A stretch of 64,000 nucleotides of DNA from Elusimicrobiota bacterium (GTDB lineage Bacteria > Elusimicrobiota > Elusimicrobia > UBA1565): contig JACRDO010000132.1 in the NCBI GenBank assembly GCA_016212885.1, forward strand, positions 28,779-92,778, written 5' to 3'. The position numbers were made by a program, and so were the translations under genes. This document shows, one piece after another, positions 33,348 to 44,737 of this stretch. How positions within the stretch are numbered: the stretch's first letter is position 1; each line of letters begins with the position of its first letter. The notes under the pieces are model-generated. The model was not told where the DNA came from and did no database searches. It was given only the letters and a program-made list of their open reading frames with translations.

Positions 33348-34217
33348 ATGCTGAGAACGATCCTCGCCGCGATGCTGGCCGCCGTGTGCGCGAAGGCGCA
33401 AGCTCAGGTCGTCGTTAGCGACGCGCAGTTCGCATCCGAGCTGGGCAAGGTCTTCGCCCAAAGCGTCTCCGCGGGCCGCTCCTTCGAGCAGGCCGCGCCG
33501 GTCCGGCTCCTCGACCGGGTGATGATCGCCATGTACGACGCGCCCGGCACGGGCGAGATGATCGTGCAGTGGCTCAGGGACAACAGGGCCGTCGTGGAGT
33601 TCAGCGACCTCGTCATGGAGGGCCGCAGCGCCCACGCCTGGCTCGGCGACTTCGTGCCGGAGCCCAGGAAGCCGGCGGTCTACATCACCCCGCTCCTGCT
33701 CAAGCCGCCCGTGTCCTACCGCCTGCTCGGCGCGCTCATCGCCAAGGAAGGCTCCGAGCTCATGCTCAAGGACTTCCCGGAATCGGCCGAGAAGCGCTAC
33801 ATCACGGCCAGCCGCATGGCCGAGACCTATTTCGAGCTGGGCGGCACGCGCATCGCCCTGCCGGACTTCGACGGGACCATCGATGAGGACGCCGCGGACA
33901 CGATCCGCATCTGGATCGAGAACGCCCCGGACTCAGGCGTGCAGGTCCTAAAAGAGCGCGGCTTCAAGACCCTCAAGGAAGCGCAGGCCGACCTGCTCTC
34001 GGAGGAGGCCCGCCTGGCGAACCTCCATCAGGCCATCGAGCAGATGATCTCCGTTCACGGGCCGGATGAGGAGTCGCTGCGCGCGGAGCTGGCTTGCGTG
34101 GAGAAGGAGTCGGCGCGGACCGCCCGCAAGCTGGACGCGGCCAAGAAGGCCGAGGACGAGTTCAAGCGGTTCAAGGAATACGAGACGGACTGGCTGATGT
34201 CGCACAGACCTTCCTAG
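33348..34217 (+). CDS. Secreted hypothetical protein with C-terminal coiled coil
   Basis: GGAGG lies 8 nt upstream of ATG 33348. Signal peptide MLRTILAAMLAAVCAKAQAQ. No family recognised. Confidence 0.5.
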   Translation: MLRTILAAMLAAVCAKAQAQVVVSDAQFASELGKVFAQSVSAGRSFEQAAPVRLLDRVMIAMYDAPGTGEMIVQWLRDNRAVVEFSDLVMEGRSAHAWLGDFVPEPRKPAVYITPLLLKPPVSYRLLGALIAKEGSELMLKDFPESAEKRYITASRMAETYFELGGTRIALPDFDGTIDEDAADTIRIWIENAPDSGVQVLKERGFKTLKEAQADLLSEEARLANLHQAIEQMISVHGPDEESLRAELACVEKESARTARKLDAAKKAEDEFKRFKEYETDWLMSHRPS

Positions 34218-34222
34218 GAGTT

Positions 34223-34864
34223 CTACCGCTCCAAGAAGCCCGGCACCTCCCGGATGTCGTCTAGGACCGGGACACCGCTCCTCACCAGCCGGTGCTTGGC
34301 CTGATAGCCGCGCGCGATGAGCGCGCAGCCCACTCCCATGGCCCGCGCGGTCTCCAAGTCATGCACGGTATCGCCGATCAGGATGATCTTCTCCGGCTCT
34401 ATGCCGCAGGAGCGGATCCAGCTCGCGCCCAGCTCCACCTTGCTGCCGGCGTGGTAGTCCCCCAAGCCGAGGACCGGGTCGAAATAGTCCCGGATATTGA
34501 AATGGACCAGCGCTTTTTCGAGCATCTCGTGCTTGTAAGCCGATAGGATGCCCTGCTGAATTCCCTTGCCGCGGAGCGTCTCCAGAACGTCCGCGGCGCC
34601 CTCGTGGAGGCGGCCTTCGGCCCAGATGCGCTCATGGTAGAGCCCCGCCCATTCGTTCGCGGGGACGTCGAAAGGCTCCACGCTGAAGTCGAAGCCGATC
34701 TTCCGGTAGAACTCGATGACGGGGAAGTCGAAGTTCTCGAGGTAGTACTCCAGGGGGACCTCGGGCATGGAGCGGCGCCGGCGCATCGCGTTGAGGCACT
34801 CGAGGCAGAGCCGGGCGTCGTCGAGGAGCGTGCCGTTGAAGTCCCAGATGACGCGCCGGATCAC
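34223..34864 (-). CDS. HAD-superfamily phosphatase (phosphoglycolate phosphatase-like)
   Basis: GTG start in a GTGA overlap with the upstream gene's stop. Motif I reads VIWDFNGTLLDD (second Asp replaced by Asn), motif II GILSA, motif IV LIGDTVHDLETA. The remaining upstream part of ORF 34223..35611 is Arg/Pro-rich artefact. Confidence 0.7.
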   Translation of the reverse strand: MIRRVIWDFNGTLLDDARLCLECLNAMRRRRSMPEVPLEYYLENFDFPVIEFYRKIGFDFSVEPFDVPANEWAGLYHERIWAEGRLHEGAADVLETLRGKGIQQGILSAYKHEMLEKALVHFNIRDYFDPVLGLGDYHAGSKVELGASWIRSCGIEPEKIILIGDTVHDLETARAMGVGCALIARGYQAKHRLVRSGVPVLDDIREVPGFLER

Positions 34865-35826
34865 TTGTCGCCGCGGCGGTCGATGACGAAGCGGGAGCCC
34901 GGCCCGTCCTGCTGCTTGGCGAACTCCTTGAGCTCGGCGCAGATCTGGCTGACCTGACCGTAGGAGACCAGGCGCCTCTGGCGGTTGTGGCAGACGCCGA
35001 TCGCGATGGAGAGCAGGGGATGCTCGATGAGCCGGCCTTGGCGGTCGTTGGCCAGGATACCCCCGCGGGCGCGGTCTTCCTCCGGGTAGAAGGAAGGGGA
35101 GAGCCGGTCGAAGCCCTCGACCACGCGGCGGCAGAGGGCCTCCATGCTGTCCGGGTGGGTCACGATGATGAAGTCGTCGCCGCCGATGTGGCCGAGGAAG
35201 TCCGTCCCCGTCCCCGCTTCCCGGACCACCTCCACCAGCAGCTTGGCGGTCGCCCGAATGACGCGGTCCCCGGCGTCGTAGCCGTAGTGGTCGTTGTACG
35301 CCTTGAAGTCGTTGAGGTCGAGATAGAGCACGGCGAAGGGCCGAGCGGAGGCGACCGCTTCGGCGATGCGGTTTTCGATCATCACGTTGCCCGGCAGGCG
35401 GGTCAGGGGGTTCGCGTCGAGCCCCTGGCGCGTGCGGCGCAGGATCATGCGGATGCGGGCCAGCAGCTCGCCCAGGTTGAAGGGCTTGGTGAGGAAGTCG
35501 TCTGCGCCGCTTTCGAGGCCCTCGATGCGGTTCTCGACTTCCCGGCCAGCTGCCGAAAGGATGATGATGGGCAGGTGCTGGAACCCGGGGTCCGCCTTCA
35601 GCTCCCGGCACACGCTGAAGCCGTCCTTGAGCGGCATCCAGAGGTCCACGACGGCGATGTCGGGCACCTCGGCCCGGATGGCCGCCAAGGCCTGCTCGCC
35701 GTCCATGGCAATGCGCACCTCATAGCCTTCCTGCTCCAAGGCGCCTTTCATCAGCGCCAGCAGGTCCGGCTCATCATCGGCGACCAAGAGCCGCGCTTTC
35801 TTGACAGGAGAAGATTCGGGGCCCAC
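34861..35826 (-). CDS. Response regulator receiver + GGDEF domain protein (putative diguanylate cyclase; signature reads GGDDF)
   Basis: Canonical REC (RLLVADDEPD...IAVVDLWMP...IIILSA...DDFLTKPF), then LTRLPGN...AVLYLDLNDFKAYND.YGYDAGD....FLGHIGGDDFIIV. The GTG start at 35826 is tentative, with no ATG and no clear SD. The upstream part of ORF 34861..36216 overlaps the atp promoter and is rejected. Confidence 0.7.
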   Translation of the reverse strand: MGPESSPVKKARLLVADDEPDLLALMKGALEQEGYEVRIAMDGEQALAAIRAEVPDIAVVDLWMPLKDGFSVCRELKADPGFQHLPIIILSAAGREVENRIEGLESGADDFLTKPFNLGELLARIRMILRRTRQGLDANPLTRLPGNVMIENRIAEAVASARPFAVLYLDLNDFKAYNDHYGYDAGDRVIRATAKLLVEVVREAGTGTDFLGHIGGDDFIIVTHPDSMEALCRRVVEGFDRLSPSFYPEEDRARGGILANDRQGRLIEHPLLSIAIGVCHNRQRRLVSYGQVSQICAELKEFAKQQDGPGSRFVIDRRGDK

Positions 35827-35853
35827 GCGGGAAGGGTAGCATATTTGCTTAAA

Positions 35854-35883
35854 TTGACAGGCTTTTTCGGTTATTTGTAGAAT
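35854..35883 (+). promoter_or_regulatory. Sigma70-like promoter for the atp operon: TTGACA-N18-TAGAAT
   Basis: TTGACA at 35854-35859 and TAGAAT at 35878-35883, in the AT-rich divergent gap between the GGDEF gene and the first atp gene (ATG 35905). Confidence 0.5.
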
Positions 35884-35904
35884 TGTTTCGCTTTGTTTTT
35901 TGCC

Positions 35905-36129
35905 ATGAACGATGCCCGACAGCCGCCCCGCCGCAGCGCATGGACCGCTTTTGGGGCCGGAACCGAACTGGTCGTTTTCGCCCTGGCGGGTTTTTTCGCG
36001 GGCCGCTGGGCGGACAGCCGGTTCGGAACGCAGCCCTGGCTGCTTTTGGCGGGCACGCTTCTGGGCATCTGCCTTGGACTCTATCAGTTCATCCGAGAGA
36101 CGGTTATCGCTAAGGACCGCGCTCCGTAG
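35905..36129 (+). CDS. AtpZ-like small membrane protein (ATPase_gene1 family)
   Basis: Two TM helices with AWTAFGAGTELVVFALAGFFAGRWADSRFGTQPWLLLAGTLLGICLGLY, matching the AtpZ pattern. It is the first gene of the atp operon. Confidence 0.6.
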   Translation: MNDARQPPRRSAWTAFGAGTELVVFALAGFFAGRWADSRFGTQPWLLLAGTLLGICLGLYQFIRETVIAKDRAP

Positions 36130-36154
36130 CGCGGGCGAAGCGACAGCGGCGTCT

Positions 36155-36460
36155 TTGGCGGTAGCGGCCGCGCTGTGGGCCGCGCTGCCCCGCGGGGCCG
36201 CCGGCCAGGCGCTCATGGGACTGGGCGCGGCATGGGCCGTCTCGGCGGCCTGCGTGGCCGCGCTATTGGCCGCGCAGGGCCGTTCGATGAAGACGTTCCT
36301 GTGGGTCTACGGCGGGGGATTGGCCGCGCGCGCCTTTGTCCTCGCCGGACTGATGGCCGCGGTGTGGGGCCTGCCCAGCGGCGCCCAGGCCGCGCGGCTT
36401 CTGGCGTATGTCTTTGGCGTGCTGTTCCTGTTGCTGCTCGAGATCAGGCATCTGAGATGA
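36155..36460 (+). CDS. AtpI-like hydrophobic protein (start uncertain)
   Basis: Hydrophobic helices (AAWAVSAACVAALLAA, GGGLAARAFVLAGLMAAVWGL, LLAYVFGVLFLLLLEI) end in an ATGA overlap with atpB. Possible starts are TTG 36155 or ATG 36215. Confidence 0.4.
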   Translation: MAVAAALWAALPRGAAGQALMGLGAAWAVSAACVAALLAAQGRSMKTFLWVYGGGLAARAFVLAGLMAAVWGLPSGAQAARLLAYVFGVLFLLLLEIRHLR

Positions 36461-37221
36461 ACTTCGAGGAAGTCGTCGGCCACCATCTGCTCGACCACGC
36501 GATCGGGCCCTTCGCCGCGGTCGGGGGGATCCGCTTCGGCTTGAGCAAGCACCTGCTGATGATGTGGATCAACGGCAGCCTGCTCCTCGTCGGGATCTCC
36601 TGGCTCTCCCGCGGCCGGTCCAAGGCGGCGCAGCTCGCCCGCATGGCCGTGGAGATGGTCGTCCTCTTCATCCGCGACGACATCGTCGAGCCCATCCTCG
36701 GGCATGCCGGCCGCCCGTACCTGCATTATTTCCTGACGCTGTTCTTCTTCATCCTCCTCTGCAACCTCGCGGGCCTGGTGCCCTACGGGGCCACGGCGAC
36801 CGGCAACATCGCCGTGACAGCTGCCCTGGCGAGCTGCACCTTCGCTCTGATCGTGCTCGGCGGCATCCGCGAGCAGGGGCTCTCCGGCTTCCTCAAGCAC
36901 ATCGTCCCGGGCGGGCTGCCCTGGTGGATCCTGCCGATCATGTTCGTCGTCGAGATTTCGGGGCTTTTCGCGAAGTGCTTCGCCCTCACGATCCGTCTTT
37001 TTGCGAACATGATCGCCGGCCACATCGTGGCCCTGGGGTTTCTGTCCCTGATCTTCACCTTCGGGGCCGCCAGCCGGCTGGCCGGGCTCGCCGCGGCGCC
37101 CTTTTCAGTGGCCGTGGTGGTGTTCGTCAACGCGCTGGAGGTGCTCGTCTGCCTTCTGCAGGCTTACATCTTCACGATGCTGACGGCAGTTTTCGTAGGC
37201 GGGGCTCTGCACCCGCACTGA
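36457..37221 (+). CDS. atpB: F0 ATP synthase subunit a
   Basis: Subunit-a signature with the essential Arg, FALTIRLFANMIAGH, and the C-terminal LQAYIFTMLT. Confidence 0.9.
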   Translation: MNFEEVVGHHLLDHAIGPFAAVGGIRFGLSKHLLMMWINGSLLLVGISWLSRGRSKAAQLARMAVEMVVLFIRDDIVEPILGHAGRPYLHYFLTLFFFILLCNLAGLVPYGATATGNIAVTAALASCTFALIVLGGIREQGLSGFLKHIVPGGLPWWILPIMFVVEISGLFAKCFALTIRLFANMIAGHIVALGFLSLIFTFGAASRLAGLAAAPFSVAVVVFVNALEVLVCLLQAYIFTMLTAVFVGGALHPH

Positions 37222-37277
37222 CAAAGCGGCCCCGTGAGCGTGAGGCGGCGGGCCGGAGGCCGCAAACGGAGGGTAGA

Positions 37278-37568
37278 ATGCTGAACATCGGACTTGGCTA
37301 CATAGGCGTCGGGATCGCCATAGGGGCGGGCCTTTTCGGCGCCGCGGCGGGCATCGGGAAGCTGGCGAGCGCGGCTCTTGAGGGGACGGCCCGGCAGCCG
37401 GAGGCGACGGGTTCGCTCCAGACCATGATGATCATCGCGGCCGCGCTGATCGAAGGGCTCGGGCTCTTTGCGCTCGTCATCGCCTTCCTGGCGGTCAATA
37501 CGCTCAACAAGAGCCTGCAGACAGGAGCGACGGCGGCGCCGGCGGCGGTGGAGGCGGGCCCGCGCTGA
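37278..37568 (+). CDS. atpE: F0 ATP synthase subunit c (with ~20-aa C-terminal extension)
   Basis: Hairpin of two helices, the loop ARQPE and the ion-binding Glu in AAALIEGLGLFALVIAF. Confidence 0.85.
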   Translation: MLNIGLGYIGVGIAIGAGLFGAAAGIGKLASAALEGTARQPEATGSLQTMMIIAAALIEGLGLFALVIAFLAVNTLNKSLQTGATAAPAAVEAGPR

Positions 37569-37578
37569 GCGGCGAACG

Positions 37579-38103
37579 ATGGAGACTCTGCTGAGCCCGG
37601 ATCCGGGCCTGTATATCTGGACCATCGTCAGCTTCCTCGTCCTGGTGGGCCTGCTGAAGGCTTTCGCCTGGGGCCCGCTCCTGCGCGCGGTGGAGGAGCG
37701 GGAGTCCGCCATGCGCTCCGAGCGCGAGAAGGCGGAGGCCGCGCGGCGGGAGGCGGAGGGCATCCAGCGCAGTCTCGCCGAGCAGCTCAAGGGCGTCGAC
37801 GCGCAGGCCCAGGAGATCCTCTCTAAGGCCGCTCGCGAAGGAGAGGCTCTGCGCGAGCGGCTCAAGAAGGACGCCGAGGAGGAGTCCAAGCGGCTCCTCG
37901 AGAGATCGCGCGAGCAGCTCGTGGAGGAGAAGGCGCGCCTCGTCGTCGAGCTGCGCGGGGAGGTCGCCGCGCTCTCCGTCCAGGCGGCGGAGCGGCTCCT
38001 CAAGAAGAGCTTAGACCCCGGCGTCAAGAAGGAAGCGCTCTCGGAGTTCCTCGGCCAGCTCGACGCGCGGGGCGGCGGCAAGGGCCCCGGAGGCGGCGCT
38101 TGA
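37579..38103 (+). CDS. atpF: F0 ATP synthase subunit b
   Basis: N-terminal TM (LYIWTIVSFLVLVGLL) followed by a long charged helix. Its position between atpE and atpH fits subunit b. Confidence 0.8.
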   Translation: METLLSPDPGLYIWTIVSFLVLVGLLKAFAWGPLLRAVEERESAMRSEREKAEAARREAEGIQRSLAEQLKGVDAQAQEILSKAAREGEALRERLKKDAEEESKRLLERSREQLVEEKARLVVELRGEVAALSVQAAERLLKKSLDPGVKKEALSEFLGQLDARGGGKGPGGGA

Positions 38104-38636
38104 ATCTGTCCGAGCGCGTCCTCGCGCGGCGCTATGCCGCGGCGTTCGTCCTGGCGGCCTCGGCCGCTGAGGAAGGCGCCGAGACGGCCGTCTTGGAGCT
38201 GGAGCGGGCGGGAGGGGCGCTGCGCGGGGAGATGTCCCTGTTCCGCCATCCGCGGCTTTCCGCGGGCGAGAAGAAGGCCCTGCTCGCGAAGGCCGTGGGA
38301 AAATCCGCTTCCAGGACGGCGCTCCGCTTCTTGGAGATCCTCGTAGACAAGAAGCGCTTCGGCCTGCTGCCGCTGATCGTCCTAGACGCCGGCAAGGTCT
38401 TAGACGAGAGCAAGGGCCTGCTCCGGGCGCTTGCCCGCTCGGCGCAGCCCCTGACGCCGCAGGAAGCGGAGGCGCTGAAGGCCCGCCTGAGCCGGTTCAG
38501 CGGCAAGCTCGTGGAGCTCGACGCCCAAGTCGACGAGAGCCTGCTGGCCGGCGTGTCCGTGCGGCTCGGCGACTGGGTGCTCGACGGGAGCCTGCGGGGG
38601 CGCCTGCGCCGGATGGGAGATTATTTGACGGCATAA
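38100..38636 (+). CDS. atpH: F1 ATP synthase subunit delta (OSCP)
   Basis: TTG start overlapping the atpF stop. Size, position and the C-terminal GG..V..G....DGS..G.L match the delta-subunit pattern. Confidence 0.75.
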   Translation: MNLSERVLARRYAAAFVLAASAAEEGAETAVLELERAGGALRGEMSLFRHPRLSAGEKKALLAKAVGKSASRTALRFLEILVDKKRFGLLPLIVLDAGKVLDESKGLLRALARSAQPLTPQEAEALKARLSRFSGKLVELDAQVDESLLAGVSVRLGDWVLDGSLRGRLRRMGDYLTA

Positions 38637-38641
38637 AACCC

Positions 38642-40156
38642 ATGGCTATACGACCAGAAGAGATCACCGGCGTCATCAAGGACCGGATTTCGGGCTACGA
38701 GGGCGCGGCCGACATCGCGGAGGAAGGGTTCGTCCTCCAGGTCGGCGACGGCATCGCCCGCGTCTACGGGCTGGAGAACGCGATGGCGGGGGAGCTGCTG
38801 GAGTTCCCGCACGGCGTCTTCGGGATGGCGCTCAACCTCGAGAAGGAGAACGTGGGCTGCGTGCTCTTCGGCCGCGGCGAGCTCATCGGCGAGGGCGACC
38901 CGGTGCGCCGGACGGGACGCATCATGCAGGTCCCGGTCGGAGAGGCCCTCGTCGGCCGGGTCGTGGACCCGCTCGGCCAGCCGATCGACGGGAGGGGCCC
39001 GATCAAGGCTTCGGGCACCCGGCCGGTCGAGGTCATCGCCCCGGGCGTGGTCGCGCGAGCGCCGGTCAGCTTCCCCCTGCAGACGGGCCTGAAGGCCATC
39101 GACTCCATGATCCCCATCGGCCGGGGCCAGCGGGAGCTGATCATCGGCGACCGGCAGACCGGAAAGACCGCGATCGTCATCGACGCGATCATCAACCAGA
39201 AGAATGCGCCCAAGCGCCCGGTCTGCATCTACGTCGCCGTGGGACAGAAGCAGTCCACGGTCGCGGGGGTCGTCAAGACGCTGGAGGAGTTCGGCGCGAT
39301 GGAGTACACCATCGTCGTCAGCGCGACGGCCTCGGACGCGGCCCCCCTGCTCTACCTCGCCCCGTATTCCGGCTGCGCCATGGGAGAGGAGTTCCTCTGG
39401 GCGGGCAAGGACGTGCTGGTCGTCTACGACGACCTCTCCAAGCACGCGCAGGCCTATCGCCAGCTCTCCCTGCTGCTGCGCCGGCCGCCGGGCCGCGAGG
39501 CGTATCCCGGCGACGTCTTCTACCTGCACTCGAGGCTTCTGGAGCGCGCCTGCAGGCTCTCGGATGAGAACGGCGGTGGCTCCCTGACTGCCCTGCCGAT
39601 CATCGAGACGCAGGCCGGGGACGTCTCCGCGTACATCCCGACCAACGTCATCTCGATCACGGACGGGCAGATCTACCTGGAGTCGAGCCTCTTCTACAGC
39701 GGCATCCGCCCGGCGCTGAACATCGGGATCTCGGTCTCCCGCGTGGGCGGCGCGGCCCAGATCAAGGCGGTCCGCCAGGTGGCGGGCAAGCTCAGGCTGG
39801 ACCTCGCGCAGTACAACGAGCTGGCGGCCTTCGCACAGTTCGGCTCGGACCTCGACAAGACCTCCCAGCAGCAGATCGCCCGCGGCCAGCGGATGGTCGA
39901 GCTGCTCAAGCAGGACCAGTATCGGCCGATGCCGGTGGAGGAGCAGGCGGCGTGCCTCTTCGCGGGCGTCAGCGGCTTCATCGACGACCTCCCGGTCGAG
40001 TCGATCCGCCGCTTCGAGGCCGGGTTCCTCAAGGCCCTGGCGCAGCGCCGGCCGGGCCTCCTGCGGGAGATCGCCGAGAAGCAGATCCTAGACGACGACT
40101 TGAAGGCCGGGCTCACGGAAGCCTGCTCCGAATTCCGGAAGGAGTTCAAGCCATGA
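38642..40156 (+). CDS. atpA: F1 ATP synthase subunit alpha
   Basis: Walker A GDRQTGKT, followed by [26 protein letters not shown] and a conserved C-terminus. Confidence 0.95.
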   Translation: MAIRPEEITGVIKDRISGYEGAADIAEEGFVLQVGDGIARVYGLENAMAGELLEFPHGVFGMALNLEKENVGCVLFGRGELIGEGDPVRRTGRIMQVPVGEALVGRVVDPLGQPIDGRGPIKASGTRPVEVIAPGVVARAPVSFPLQTGLKAIDSMIPIGRGQRELIIGDRQTGKTAIVIDAIINQKNAPKRPVCIYVAVGQKQSTVAGVVKTLEEFGAMEYTIVVSATASDAAPLLYLAPYSGCAMGEEFLWAGKDVLVVYDDLSKHAQAYRQLSLLLRRPPGREAYPGDVFYLHSRLLERACRLSDENGGGSLTALPIIETQAGDVSAYIPTNVISITDGQIYLESSLFYSGIRPALNIGISVSRVGGAAQIKAVRQVAGKLRLDLAQYNELAAFAQFGSDLDKTSQQQIARGQRMVELLKQDQYRPMPVEEQAACLFAGVSGFIDDLPVESIRRFEAGFLKALAQRRPGLLREIAEKQILDDDLKAGLTEACSEFRKEFKP

Positions 40157-40593
40157 AGACAGCGTTGTTGGCGGCGTCGTTGGCGGTTTCGCTTGCCTTG
40201 CCCGCGGCCGCGCAGGAAGCCGTTCCGATGGGGCAGGTCATCAATCTGAGCCTCGTGGAGGCCCTCGTCGCCGTCGAGCATGCGGACCTGTCCGGCATCT
40301 TCGGCTTCGTGCCGGAGGAGGCGGCCGGCTTCGCGCTGGCCGACTTCCTGATGCGCGACCACAAATCCCTCAAGCGCTTCATCCAGAAGTGCGAGAAGGA
40401 CTACAAGCAGGCTCATGGCACCAGCCTTTGGGACAAGCAGGTCCTGCTCCACCTCGTCACCATCAACGCGTCCGGAGCGGCGCCGATGGGCGTGAAGCGG
40501 ATCCCGGCGAAGCTGATGGACAGGGTCAATACGCTGAGCCTGGTGGATGGACTGCCCCTGGAGGTCGTGGTGCAGCGTCGCGGAGGGAAGTAG
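40153..40593 (+). CDS. Small secreted hypothetical protein inserted between atpA and atpG
   Basis: ATGA overlap with the atpA stop. Signal peptide [21 protein letters not shown]. No family recognised. Confidence 0.5.
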   Translation: MKTALLAASLAVSLALPAAAQEAVPMGQVINLSLVEALVAVEHADLSGIFGFVPEEAAGFALADFLMRDHKSLKRFIQKCEKDYKQAHGTSLWDKQVLLHLVTINASGAAPMGVKRIPAKLMDRVNTLSLVDGLPLEVVVQRRGGK

Positions 40594-41519
40594 TGAAGCG
40601 CGCCCTGGTCACCGGCGCGGCCGGCTTCATCGGGTCGAACCTCGCGCTCGAGCTGGAGCGCTTGGGCTGGCAAGTGGCGGCGCTCGACGACTTCAGCTCC
40701 GGGCACTTCGAGAACCTCCGGGGCTTCACCGGAGAGGTCATCGCCGCGGACGTCTCCCGCCCCCAGGACTGGGAGGGCCGGGTCGGGCGGGTCTGCGCCG
40801 TCTTCCACCAGGCGGCGATCACGGACACGACCGTCAGCGACCCGATGCGGATGATGCGGGTCAACGTGGAGGGCTTTCGCGACGTCCTCGGCTTCGCGCT
40901 GAGGGCCAGGGCCCGCTCCGTCGTCTACGCCTCCTCCGCCGGGGTCTACGGCCCCGGCCCCTGCCCGATGCGCGAGACCCAGGCGCCGAATCCCTTGAAC
41001 ATCTACGGATTCTCGAAGACGGCGATGGAGCGGGTCGCGGCCGGCTTCGCCGCGGCGCACCGCGGCGTGCAGGTGACCGGGCTGCGGTATTTCAACGTCT
41101 ACGGGCCGCGGGAGGCCCACAAGAAGAAGGCCGCGAGCATGATCTGGCAGCTTTATGAGCAGATGCGCCGGGGGCGGCGGCCCCGCATCTTCAAGCGCGG
41201 GGAGCAGTACCGGGACCAGATCTACGTCCGCGACATCGTGAGCGCGAATCTGAAGGCCCTGGCAGCCGGGAAGAACGGCGTCTTCAACGTCTGCACCGGG
41301 CGGGGGACGGACTTCAATACCATCGTCAAGGCGCTCAACGGCGTCTTGGGGACATCCCGGCAGCCCGAGTATTTCGACAACCCGTACCCGTTCTACCAGG
41401 ACCAGACCCTCGGGGACCCGGCGGCCGCGAAGAAAGCCCTGGGATTCGCCGCCCGCTGGAGCTTTTCGGAAGGCGTGAAGGACTACCTTGGAGGCCGCGC
41501 GGCCAAATGGCTTCCCTAA
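40593..41519 (+). CDS. NAD-dependent sugar-nucleotide epimerase (ADP-glycero-manno-heptose 6-epimerase HldD-like)
   Basis: GGAGGGAAG Shine-Dalgarno and a GTG start overlapping the preceding stop by 1 nt. Rossmann motif VTGAAGFIGSN, the SDR catalytic YASSAGVYG...YGFSK, and HldD-like FHQAAITDTT. Confidence 0.7.
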   Translation: MKRALVTGAAGFIGSNLALELERLGWQVAALDDFSSGHFENLRGFTGEVIAADVSRPQDWEGRVGRVCAVFHQAAITDTTVSDPMRMMRVNVEGFRDVLGFALRARARSVVYASSAGVYGPGPCPMRETQAPNPLNIYGFSKTAMERVAAGFAAAHRGVQVTGLRYFNVYGPREAHKKKAASMIWQLYEQMRRGRRPRIFKRGEQYRDQIYVRDIVSANLKALAAGKNGVFNVCTGRGTDFNTIVKALNGVLGTSRQPEYFDNPYPFYQDQTLGDPAAAKKALGFAARWSFSEGVKDYLGGRAAKWLP

Positions 41520-42487
41520 GGGAGATCCGGCGCAAGATCAAGTCGGTGCGGTCCACCGAGCAGATCACCAAGGCGATGAAGATGATCGCGGCCGCCCGGA
41601 TGCGCCGCGCGCAGGCTTCGATCCTCGCTTCGCGCCCCTTCGCGGAGAAGATGGAGGAGGTCGTCTGTGGCCTCGCGGCCCTGGAGCGGGAGTCGCTCGA
41701 TCACCCGTTCTTCAAGCCCGCGTCGGCCGCCACCATGGCCTCGGAGGCGGGCCGCCCCTCGACGGCATCCCGAAGCGGCATTCCCTCGCCGGAAGGCTCG
41801 GTCACACTTCCTCGGGTTGGCCCTCGGTCGCCCGCGGCCCGTCCGGATTGCGGGGCCGGCCTCATCCTTGTGGCGGCCGACAAGGGCCTCTGCGGGGCCT
41901 TCAACGCGAACACCCTGCGCTCGGCCGTGGAGTGGATACGGGGCCGGCAGGAACGACCGGTCCGCCTGGCGGCCGTCGGCCGCAAGGCCCGCGATTTCGC
42001 CCTGCGCCTCCAAGGGGCTTCGATCGTCTACGAGATGGCCGGCATCTTCCCGAAGGTGTCCTTCGCCCACGCCGAGCTCCTCGGGCAGGCCGTCATCTCG
42101 GCCTATCTGGAAGGCCGGGTCTGCTCCGTCACGGCGATCTACAACGAGTTCCGTTCGGTGGTGTCCCAGAGGGTCGTCAAGCAGGAGCTGCTGCCGATCC
42201 CCATCCACAAGGAGAACGTGCGGGCCATGGATTTCAGGTTCGAGCCGGAGCGGCGCCGGGTGCTGGCCGCCCTGCTCCCGCGCTACCTGAAAGCCCAGCT
42301 CTACCGGATCCTGCTGGAGTCGCAGGCCGCGGAGCTGGCCGCCCGGATGAACGCGATGGACGCGGCGTCCAAGAACGCCGGGGAGCTGATCGATTCTCTG
42401 ACCTTGTCGCTCAATAGGACGCGGCAGAGCCTTATCACGAGGGAGATCGCCGAGCTGGTCGGCGGCGCGGAGGCCTTGGCCGCATAG
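41507..42487 (+). CDS. atpG: F1 ATP synthase subunit gamma (with ~44-aa low-complexity insertion)
   Basis: MASLREIRRKIKSVRSTEQITKAMKMIAAARMRRAQ at the N-terminus and LSLNRTRQSLITREIAELVGGAEAL at the C-terminus. The Ser/Pro/Ala/Arg-rich insert lies before LILVAADKGLCGAFN. Confidence 0.9.
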   Translation: MASLREIRRKIKSVRSTEQITKAMKMIAAARMRRAQASILASRPFAEKMEEVVCGLAALERESLDHPFFKPASAATMASEAGRPSTASRSGIPSPEGSVTLPRVGPRSPAARPDCGAGLILVAADKGLCGAFNANTLRSAVEWIRGRQERPVRLAAVGRKARDFALRLQGASIVYEMAGIFPKVSFAHAELLGQAVISAYLEGRVCSVTAIYNEFRSVVSQRVVKQELLPIPIHKENVRAMDFRFEPERRRVLAALLPRYLKAQLYRILLESQAAELAARMNAMDAASKNAGELIDSLTLSLNRTRQSLITREIAELVGGAEALAA

Positions 42488-42509
42488 ATCGGCGGATCTT
42501 GGGAGACAA

Positions 42510-44720
<2,211 letters not shown>

Positions 44721-44737
44721 CGCCCCAAACATCCGAA

